64,000 nucleotides of DNA, taken from the NCBI GenBank assembly GCA_965214255.1, contig OZ243948.1:1974803-2038802 (forward strand). The letters run 5' to 3'. Within the stretch, counting starts at the first letter, position 1; every line of letters starts with the position of its first letter. The notes beneath the pieces are model-generated. The model saw nothing but the letters and a program-made list of their open reading frames with translations, did no database searches and had not been told where the DNA came from. Below are positions 28,521 to 36,073 of the stretch, piece after piece. Made by a program: the position numbers and the translations under genes. The stretch is from Alphaproteobacteria bacterium. Its GTDB lineage: Bacteria > Pseudomonadota > Alphaproteobacteria > SMXP01.

Positions 28521-30722
28521 ATGAAGATCATGGACAACGACCGGGAGCCGGAGGCGGCGAAGATGACGAAGCGGGCGCCGTCCCCCGTCAAGGAGACGGG
28601 CGGGTTGAAAGACTTGCTGCGCTGGCCCGTCCGCCCGTTCGCGCGGACATGGCTGACGAGCCCGACCGTCGCCGTTCTCGCTCTCGGCCTGGGCTTGACC
28701 TTCGCGGGCTTTTCCGGTGCGGCTTGGAACATGTGGCTCGACATGTGGCTCACCGGCGCGGGGTTGGCTCTCGTCGGGTTCGTCATCGTCAAGGAGGGCC
28801 TCCTTTGGCGCTGGATGGACAGACGGTCGCGGGTCGAGGAACGCGACCGCGCTTCGCGGGAATTGGCCCAAGCGCTTGCGGACGAGCGCAGCCGCGCGGA
28901 TCGGGAATTGAAAAAAGCGGTTGCCGCGGAGCGCGAGCATGCGGCCAAAGCGCTGGCCGACGAGCGCGCCCATGCGGGGCAGGAGTTGACGAAGACGCTG
29001 GCGCAAGCTCTGTCGGAGGAACGCGCCCGCGCGGATCGGGAATTGAAAAAAGCGGTTGCCGCGGAGCGCGAGCATGCGGCCAAAGCGCTGGCCGACGAGC
29101 GCGCCCATGCGGGGCAGGAGTTGACGAAGACGCTGGCGCAAGCTCTGTCGGAGGAACGCGCCCGCGCGGATCGGGAATTGAAAAAAGCGGTTGCCGCGGA
29201 GCGCGAGCATGCGGCCAAAGCGCTGGCCGACGAGCGCGCCCATGCGGGGCAGGAGTTGACGAAGACGCTGGCGCAAGCTCTGTCGGAGGAACGCGCCCGC
29301 GCGGATCGGGAATTGAAAAAAGCGGTTGCCGCGGAGCGCGAGCATGCGGCCAAAGCGCTGGCCGACGAGCGCGCCCATGCGGGGCAGGAGTTGACGAAGA
29401 CGCTGGCGCAAGCTCTGTCGGAGGAACGCGCCCGCGCGGATCGGGAATTGAAAAAAGCGGTTGCCGCGGAGCGCGAGCATGCGGCCAAAGCGCTTGCGGA
29501 CGAGCGCCGCCGTGCGGGGCAGGAGTTGACGAAGGCGTTGGAGCAGGCATTGGCGGCGGAGCGCGACCGCACGGACAAAGCGCTGGCCGAGGAACGCGCC
29601 CGCGCGACCGAGGCGCTTGCGGACGAGCGCGCCCGCGCGGGGCAGGCGCTGTCGAAGGCGGTGGGCAAGGTCGATATCACCGTCGGCGTCGCCTGTTACA
29701 ACGCCGCTCCCTATCTCGAACGATGTATCGGGTCGCTGCTCGAGCAGACCTTCGACAATTTCGAGATCGTCGCCGTCAACGACGGCTCGACGGACCGCAC
29801 CGCGTCGATACTGGACGAGTTGGCGCGGACAAGCGGCAAGGTCCGCGTGTTTCACCAGGAGGACAACAAAGGGCAGGGGCTCGCCAGGAACCTCATTCTC
29901 GAACAGGCCGGGGGCGAATATATCACCTTCGTGGACGCCGACGACTGGCTGGCACCCCACTGTCTCGAGGCGGTCTATCGCCGCGCCCTTCGCGACGATC
30001 TGGACATCCTGTGCTTCGGCTGGGTTCTTGTCGACGAGTCCGCCGCTCGAGTGGTCGAGAAGCGCCACGATCATTTGAAACTCCGCTTCGACCGCCCCGG
30101 CGAACTGCGGCAGCATGCCTTTGCCGGACGGCTCAATCTGTTAACCGGCGCCTCGCTGGCCCGCGCCGCCCTGTTCCACGACCACGGCCTGCGCTATCCG
30201 GAGGGCCCCCATGACGACATGTACGTGACGCCCTTTCTGCATTTCTACGCGGAGCGGCACGGATATCTGGACGGCGAGTTGTATTTTTGGAGCGAAAAGC
30301 CGGATTCGGCCTCCCGACGATCGCTTGGCGAGGACCATATCGACAGCATGTTCCGGGCGTTCCATGAATGGAAGACCCGCCTGTCGAGAGAAGGCCGGTT
30401 CGACGACTTTCGCGCCTCCTTCGTTGCGGGCGTTATCGCGTACATGTTCCAATTGCTCCGCCGCATCGAGGCTTCGGATGTCGACCGCGAAGGACGGACG
30501 GCGTATTTGACCCATGAAGCGCGGGCGTTCCCGGAGTTGAGGAAATACAAGCAATATCTTACCCCCAACAAAATCCGATATTACGCGAAGGCGATAGAGA
30601 TTATAGACGACAGTCACGACGCGGCCGCCGAAACGGGAAACGGCCGCGATACGACCCCCGCCGCGCTGCCGCATCGTTCGGTGCCCGTCCGGAAAAAACG
30701 CCGGGCCCGAAGGTCCGCCTGA
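28521..30722 (+). CDS. Membrane hairpin - 283-aa stalk - GT2 glycosyltransferase
   Basis: 733 aa. The first ~100 aa are near-identical to the 18899 ORF. The stalk spans aa 100-382. The GT2 core has VAVNDGSTDRT and FVDADDW. Confidence 0.85.
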   Translation: MKIMDNDREPEAAKMTKRAPSPVKETGGLKDLLRWPVRPFARTWLTSPTVAVLALGLGLTFAGFSGAAWNMWLDMWLTGAGLALVGFVIVKEGLLWRWMDRRSRVEERDRASRELAQALADERSRADRELKKAVAAEREHAAKALADERAHAGQELTKTLAQALSEERARADRELKKAVAAEREHAAKALADERAHAGQELTKTLAQALSEERARADRELKKAVAAEREHAAKALADERAHAGQELTKTLAQALSEERARADRELKKAVAAEREHAAKALADERAHAGQELTKTLAQALSEERARADRELKKAVAAEREHAAKALADERRRAGQELTKALEQALAAERDRTDKALAEERARATEALADERARAGQALSKAVGKVDITVGVACYNAAPYLERCIGSLLEQTFDNFEIVAVNDGSTDRTASILDELARTSGKVRVFHQEDNKGQGLARNLILEQAGGEYITFVDADDWLAPHCLEAVYRRALRDDLDILCFGWVLVDESAARVVEKRHDHLKLRFDRPGELRQHAFAGRLNLLTGASLARAALFHDHGLRYPEGPHDDMYVTPFLHFYAERHGYLDGELYFWSEKPDSASRRSLGEDHIDSMFRAFHEWKTRLSREGRFDDFRASFVAGVIAYMFQLLRRIEASDVDREGRTAYLTHEARAFPELRKYKQYLTPNKIRYYAKAIEIIDDSHDAAAETGNGRDTTPAALPHRSVPVRKKRRARRSA
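28896..29540 (+). repeat. 135-bp (45-aa) in-frame tandem repeat, 4 perfect copies plus a diverging fifth
   Basis: The marker tcgggaattgaaaaaagcgg occurs at 28901, 29036, 29171, 29306 and 29441, exactly 135 bp apart. The copies at 28896-29030, 29031-29165, 29166-29300 and 29301-29435 read identically. Confidence 0.95.
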
Positions 30723-30935
30723 CCGCGGCGGCTTCTTGACTTGCAGGCAGGGTCATGATGAACCGGACAGGCGCAGAGGCGGGCGAAGGAAAGACCGGCC
30801 CCGGTCGCCCCCCCGCCGCGCGCCGGCGTGACCGCTCCGTTTTTCCGCAGCCTGGTCTTGCTCTTTCGGGCAGGACATAGTACCCGACAGGGGGGCGTCG
30901 TTACGGCGTCTTTCTTAACCTGATCAGGCAGGGTC
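30723..30935 (+). promoter_or_regulatory. Junction cassette copy 4 (C7 at 30808-30814, degenerate dyad at 30859-30872), flanked by imperfect direct repeats of the MNRT-head
   Basis: Head-like sequences caggcagggtcatg..aaccg...ggaaagaccgg occur at 30744-30798 and 30925-30976. The second one is the real start of the next ORF. Confidence 0.4.
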
Positions 30936-33900
30936 ATGAACCGAACGGATACGGCGATGAGCGAGGGAAAGACCGGTCCGCGCGGCGGCGCGGCTCGGGC
31001 GGTGAGCGAAACGTCCGGCCAACCCGCGATCACCGTCGGCGTCGCCTGTTACAACGTCGCGCCCTATCTCGAACAGTGCATAAGGTCGCTGCTCGACCAG
31101 ACCTTCGACGACTTCGAGATCGTCGCCGTCGACGACGGCTCGACGGACGACACCGCCTCGATACTGGACGAGTTGGCGCGGACAAGCGGCAAGGTCCGCG
31201 TGGTCCGCCAGGACAACGAGGGGCCGGGCGCCGCCAGGAACCGCATTCTCGAACAGGCCCGGGGCGAATATATCACCTTCGTGGACGCCGACGACTGGCT
31301 GGCGCCGCACTGTCTCGAAGCGGCCCATGACCGCGCCGCTCGCGACGATCTGGACATCCTGTGTTTCGGCTGGGTCCGCGTCGACCATGCCGCCGCCCGA
31401 GTGATCGAGCGCCGGTCGGATTATAAGGGTCTCCGCTTCGACCGCCCCGACGAGATACGGCAGAAAGCCATTGCCGGGCGGCTCAATCTGATGGTTTGCG
31501 CCTCGCTGTTCCGCACCGCCCTGTTCCACGACCACGGCCTGCGCTATCCGGCAGGTCTGTATGAAGACATGTACGTGACGCCCTTTCTGTATCTGTACGC
31601 GGAGCGGCACGGATATCTGGACGACGAGTTGTATTTCTGGCGCAAGAGACCGGATTCGATCACCCAACGAGCGGTCGGCAAGGACCATATCGACGGCATG
31701 GTCGGGGCGTTCCATGAATGGAAAGCCCGCCTGTCGAGGGAAGGCCGGTTCGGCGACTTTCGCGCTTCGTTCGTCCTCGGCGTTGTTGCCTACATGTCCC
31801 AATTGCTCCGGCGCATCGAGGATGCGGACGTCGACCGCGCGGCGCCGGTCCGCCGCCCCGTCGTTGGCGACGCCCTGGTGGCGTATTTGAGAGACAAGGC
31901 GCGGTCGTTCCCGGAGTTGGCGAAATATCGACAATATCTTTCCCTTCAGGAAACCCGTGCTTACGCAAAAGTCATAGAGATCATGGACGACGAGGACGCG
32001 GCGGGCGGGGACGAGCCGGCGTTCGTCGGCCAATACGAGCATCTGCGTTACGCCAACAAGGCCCTGCGGGACGCCCTGGCGGGCCTGGAGGTCAACGAGG
32101 ACCCGGGGACCGTCTTCGATTTTTGCTTCGCCCCCCTCAACGACTATCATGTACGCACGGCGGTCCCCATCGCGGACCGCCTTCGACGGCAGGGGTTCAG
32201 CGTCTGTTTCGTGGACTTCACGCGGGTGGGCCGCGACGAGGGCGTGCGAACGGCGGTCGCGGAGTTGGAGGAGGAACGCTGCCACGATATCTGCGCGTTC
32301 ATAGCCTCCAATCACGGCTTCAGAAACCTGATCGTGTTCAACGATTGGAGCATGCAGACGACGTATCCCCTGGTGCTGGACGCCCGAGACGCCGGGGCGG
32401 CGACGGTCGGCTTCGTCGAGGGGATAAACGATTTCAACGACGTCGACACGGGGCGCTGGCGCAACGCTTACCGCGCCGTCGAGTGGGTGCTTGGCGCCGG
32501 AAACGACGACCGCCAATACTTCCCGGGGTACGGGGGAAAGTTCCGGGTCGCCGGGTTCCCGCGCATCGCCGAGTCGCTCCGGCGCCCGCCGCCGCCGCCC
32601 GCCCGCGAGCGCGCGGTCATCAACGTCAATTTCACCTACGGCGTCCTGGAAGACCGGCGGGACGACTGGCTCGCCTCGGCGATAGAGGGGTGCCGGTTGG
32701 CGAACCTGGACTGGGTGATCTCCCGGCATCCGGCGGAGACGGGCGACCTTTCCGGGCGCCCGTCGGACCCGAGAGGGTTCGCGGACCTGATGGAGGAAAA
32801 CGCGGTCCTTATCAGCCGCTTCAGTTCGTGCATCGTCGAAGCCCTGGCCATGGGCCGCGCCGTCGTCTATCACAATCCGGATATCGAGAGGGTGGCGAAG
32901 TTTCAGGACCCACGCGGCGCTTACAGCGTCAGCCGCGACGCTCGAAGCCTGGCGGCCGCGCTCCGCTTCGAATTGGATCGACTGGGAAGCGTGCCGGCGC
33001 GCAGAAACGGGTTTCTGGCCCATCACTGCGACGTTTCCGCGAATTTCGACCCCTGTCAAAAGGCCGCTCGAATTTTAAGGCAAATCGACGAAGCGCCCCG
33101 GGGTCCGGCGCGGGACGCGGACGTGAACCCGTCTCCCGACTGGTTTCGCTGTTCGCGGGACCGGCATGCCGCGCTCGAGGAAACCCGCGTGGTCGCGGCA
33201 TTTCTCGACGACCTGCCCGCCGGCTCCGTCATGGTCGATGTCGGCGCGGCCAGCGGCGGCGCCCTTGCGCCGTTCCTGGAGCGGGAATGGAGAGTCTTCG
33301 CCTTCGAGCCCGACCCGGAGAACCGCGCGCGGCTGCAGCGAGAACACGGTCATCGCGCGCCGCTGACCGTCGACGCCCGCGCCCTCGGCGGCGAGCCCGC
33401 CGCCAGCGCCGCCTTCTACTCTTCCCGGGAGAGCCCATTCATCGGCAGTTTGCAGGCGTTCACCGACGGCCATGAGCGCGCCGGGGACGTCGAGGTGACG
33501 ACCTTGAGTCATGTGGCGAAGGAGCACGGCCTCCGACGGATCGACGTGCTCAAGATCGACGCCGAGGGGTACGATCTGATGGTGCTCGAGGGCGCGCCGT
33601 GGGACGAGATAAGGCCGCGGGTCATCGTCTGCGAATTCGAGGACGCCAAGACGACGCGGTTGGGCTACACGTTCCACGATCAGGCGAGGTTTCTGGCGGA
33701 CAAGGGCTACACGGTTTTCGTGAGCGAGTGGTATCCGGTCGTGCGCTACGGTATGCGGCACGACTGGCGGCGCCTGGCCCCCTACCCCTGCCGGCTGGAA
33801 AGCTCGAACGCATGGGGCAACCTGATCGCTTTCCGCTCGGCGCCGGATCCGGACGCTTTGAGGGCCGCCGTCGAGACGAGTCTCGGCAAGGCGGCGGAGG

Positions 33901-34466
33901 CGGCGCGGGTGACGAAGGGGCCGCCGCCGAAGGCGACGGAGGAGGCCGGAGGCCCCGTCGAGGCGCGCGGCATGAGAGACTTGTCGCAGCGCTCCGCCCG
34001 CGCGTTCATGCGCGATTGGCTGACGAGCCCGACCGTCGCCATGCTCGCTCTCGGCCTGGGCCTGACCTTCGCGGGGCTGTCCGACCTGGCGTCGAGCATG
34101 GGGCTCGACATGTGGCTCGACATGTGGCTCACCGGGGCGGGGTTGGCTCTCGTCGGGTTCGTCATCTTCAAGGAGAGCGTCGTTTGGCGCTGGATGCGCG
34201 AGCGGGACCGGGAGGTCGAGCGCGCCCGCGCGGACCGGGAATTGAAAGAAGCGCTGGCGGCGGAACGCCGCCGCGCGAGCCAGGCGTTGACCAAGGCGCT
34301 TGCGGACGAGCGCCGCCGCGCGGGGCAGGAATTGAAGAAGGCGGTGGCGGCGGAGCGCAAACGTGCCGAGCGGGCGTTGACCGAAACGTCGGTCCTCCCC
34401 GCCCTGCGGGGGGGGGGCGAGGCCGTCGTGACCTGTAGCGCGCCGCCGACGGACTTTCGAGAGTGA
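30936..34466 (+). CDS. GT2 - GT-B-like domain - FkbM-family methyltransferase - membrane hairpin - short stalk
   Basis: 1176 aa. The GT2 core has VAVDDGSTDDT and FVDADDW. The ~350-aa middle domain is of uncertain family; it contains ISRHPAE, and GT-B / capsule-synthesis-like is only a guess. The FkbM-like block is VDVGAASGG...VFAFEPDPEN...IDVLKIDAEGYDLMVLEG. The TM hairpin is at ~34020-34180 and is followed by a ~63-aa helical stalk. Confidence 0.8.
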   Translation: MNRTDTAMSEGKTGPRGGAARAVSETSGQPAITVGVACYNVAPYLEQCIRSLLDQTFDDFEIVAVDDGSTDDTASILDELARTSGKVRVVRQDNEGPGAARNRILEQARGEYITFVDADDWLAPHCLEAAHDRAARDDLDILCFGWVRVDHAAARVIERRSDYKGLRFDRPDEIRQKAIAGRLNLMVCASLFRTALFHDHGLRYPAGLYEDMYVTPFLYLYAERHGYLDDELYFWRKRPDSITQRAVGKDHIDGMVGAFHEWKARLSREGRFGDFRASFVLGVVAYMSQLLRRIEDADVDRAAPVRRPVVGDALVAYLRDKARSFPELAKYRQYLSLQETRAYAKVIEIMDDEDAAGGDEPAFVGQYEHLRYANKALRDALAGLEVNEDPGTVFDFCFAPLNDYHVRTAVPIADRLRRQGFSVCFVDFTRVGRDEGVRTAVAELEEERCHDICAFIASNHGFRNLIVFNDWSMQTTYPLVLDARDAGAATVGFVEGINDFNDVDTGRWRNAYRAVEWVLGAGNDDRQYFPGYGGKFRVAGFPRIAESLRRPPPPPARERAVINVNFTYGVLEDRRDDWLASAIEGCRLANLDWVISRHPAETGDLSGRPSDPRGFADLMEENAVLISRFSSCIVEALAMGRAVVYHNPDIERVAKFQDPRGAYSVSRDARSLAAALRFELDRLGSVPARRNGFLAHHCDVSANFDPCQKAARILRQIDEAPRGPARDADVNPSPDWFRCSRDRHAALEETRVVAAFLDDLPAGSVMVDVGAASGGALAPFLEREWRVFAFEPDPENRARLQREHGHRAPLTVDARALGGEPAASAAFYSSRESPFIGSLQAFTDGHERAGDVEVTTLSHVAKEHGLRRIDVLKIDAEGYDLMVLEGAPWDEIRPRVIVCEFEDAKTTRLGYTFHDQARFLADKGYTVFVSEWYPVVRYGMRHDWRRLAPYPCRLESSNAWGNLIAFRSAPDPDALRAAVETSLGKAAEAARVTKGPPPKATEEAGGPVEARGMRDLSQRSARAFMRDWLTSPTVAMLALGLGLTFAGLSDLASSMGLDMWLDMWLTGAGLALVGFVIFKESVVWRWMRERDREVERARADRELKEALAAERRRASQALTKALADERRRAGQELKKAVAAERKRAERALTETSVLPALRGGGEAVVTCSAPPTDFRE
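34408..34417 (+). repeat. Homopolymeric G10 tract near the 3' end of the 30936-34466 ORF
   Basis: Read directly as ctgc-G10-cgagg. It encodes RGGG in the linker after the stalk. Confidence 0.9.
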
Positions 34467-34475
34467 ACGCCCGCC

Positions 34476-35408
34476 ATGAGCGCCGTGTCCATCGTCATCC
34501 GCGCCCTGAACGAGGCCGCCCACCTGCCCGCGCTGTTCGACGGACTCGCCCGCCAGACCCGCAAGCCCGAGGAAGTCATCGTCGTCGATTCGGGCTCGAC
34601 CGACGACACGGTGGCCCTCGCCGAGCGCGCCGGGGCGCGCGTGATCGCGATCGCGCCGTCGGCCTTCACCTTCGGGCGCGCCCTCAATGTCGGCTGCGCC
34701 GCGGCGGCGGGCGAGCTTCTGGTGTTCACCAGCGCCCATGTCTATCCCGCCGACGAGTACTGGCTCGAGCGCTTGACCGCGCCGCTGGAGGCGCACGGCG
34801 ATACGGCCCTCGTCTACGGAGGCCAGACCGGCGACGAGCGCAGCGCCTTTTCCGAGTTGGAGATCATGCGGCGGTGGTTTCCCGCCGAGTCGGACCCCGA
34901 TCAGGCCCACCCCTTCTGCAACAACGCCAACTGCGCGGTGCGGGCCTCGGTGTGGGCGACGCATCCCTACGACGAGGAGTTGACCGGGCTCGAGGACATC
35001 GCGTGGGCCTTTCAGGTCCAGCAGGACGGCCATCGGATCCGCTACCAGGCCGACGCGGTCATCGTCCACGTGCATGAGGAACGGTTCGATCAAATCGTCA
35101 ATCGATACCGCCGGGAAGCGATCGCCCACAAGAGGATATTCGGCCATCACAGGATGTACGCCCCGGAGGCGCTCGGCCTGTTCGCCGCCAACACCGCGCG
35201 CGATTACCTCGCGGCCCTGCTGCAAGGCCGCTTTCTGGCCAATTTGTGGGGGATTCCGAAATTCCGCTTCGCCCAGTTCTGGGGAACGTGGCGCGGCTTT
35301 CGTCAGGTCGGCGAACCGTCGCGGGTGCTGAAACGCCGCTTCTATTATCCGCGGGGGTTCGTCTGGCGGCGCGGCAAAGCCCGGTTCGGGCCGTGGGGGC
35401 GCCCGTGA
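34476..35408 (+). CDS. Glycosyltransferase family 2 (divergent from the seven paralogous modules)
   Basis: 310 aa with VSIVIRALNEAAHL...VIVVDSGSTDDT...GLEDIAW. It lies in the same reading frame as the preceding ORF, separated by a TGA plus 9 nt. Confidence 0.85.
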   Translation: MSAVSIVIRALNEAAHLPALFDGLARQTRKPEEVIVVDSGSTDDTVALAERAGARVIAIAPSAFTFGRALNVGCAAAAGELLVFTSAHVYPADEYWLERLTAPLEAHGDTALVYGGQTGDERSAFSELEIMRRWFPAESDPDQAHPFCNNANCAVRASVWATHPYDEELTGLEDIAWAFQVQQDGHRIRYQADAVIVHVHEERFDQIVNRYRREAIAHKRIFGHHRMYAPEALGLFAANTARDYLAALLQGRFLANLWGIPKFRFAQFWGTWRGFRQVGEPSRVLKRRFYYPRGFVWRRGKARFGPWGRP

Positions 35409-36073
35409 ACGTCGTCGCCTTCGTTCCCATGCGCCATGACAGCGAGCGCGTGCCCGGAAAGAACTATCGACCGCTCAACGGCCGCCCCCTGTTCCATCAT
35501 ATGGTCCTCGCGCTGCTCGCATGTCCTGAGGTCGTCCGCATCGTCATAGACACCGACAGCCCGACCGTGGCGGAACAGTGCGCGGCCCAATTCCCGTCCG
35601 TCGAGGTGATCGACCGCCCCCGGCGCCTGCGCGGCGGCGGCGTCCCGATGACCGAGGTGCTGCGCCACGCCGCCGCCGTCGTCGACAGCCCCTGGTATCT
35701 TCAGACCCACTCCACCAGCCCGCTGCTGCGCGCCGAGACCGTCTCGCGGGGCCTCGAGGCTCTCGAACGGAGTCTGGACCGCCACGATTCCCTGATGTCC
35801 GTGACCCGCTTGCAGACCAGGCTTTACGACGCCGACGCGCGGCCGCTCAATCACGACCCCAAAGTCCTGCTGCGCACCCAGGACCTGCCGCCCGTTTTCG
35901 AGGAGAACTCCGGCATGTACGTGTTCACGCGGGAGCAGATCGCGGAGGGGCGGCGCTTCGGCGACCGGCCCCTGCTGTTCGAGATCGACCCGGTCGAGGC
36001 CGTCGACATCGACGAGGAGGCGGATTTCGCGCTGGCCGAGGCGCTGCACCGCCTCCGGGACGGCGCGCCGTGA
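35405..36073 (+). CDS. Acylneuraminate cytidylyltransferase-family (CMP-sugar synthetase, NeuA/KdsB-like) protein
   Basis: 222 aa from the GTG at 35405, with a GTGA overlap with the upstream stop. The N-terminus VAFVPMRHDSERVPGKNYRPLNGRPL is typical of the CTP_transf_3 family. Confidence 0.8.
   Translation: MNVVAFVPMRHDSERVPGKNYRPLNGRPLFHHMVLALLACPEVVRIVIDTDSPTVAEQCAAQFPSVEVIDRPRRLRGGGVPMTEVLRHAAAVVDSPWYLQTHSTSPLLRAETVSRGLEALERSLDRHDSLMSVTRLQTRLYDADARPLNHDPKVLLRTQDLPPVFEENSGMYVFTREQIAEGRRFGDRPLLFEIDPVEAVDIDEEADFALAEALHRLRDGAP

Noticed and set aside
28896-29540. Regularly spaced identical repeats that could be mistaken for a CRISPR array.
   Set aside because: The units are directly abutting 135-bp copies with no unique spacers. 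They are in frame within a protein-coding stalk, and no cas genes are present.
34408-34417. G10 tract acting as a frameshift switch that fuses the 30936 ORF to the downstream GT2.
   Set aside because: The two ORFs are already in the same frame. A +1 slip runs into a TAG, and a -1 slip runs into a TGA, within about 20 nt. Slippage can therefore only trim the last ~15 residues and cannot create the fusion.
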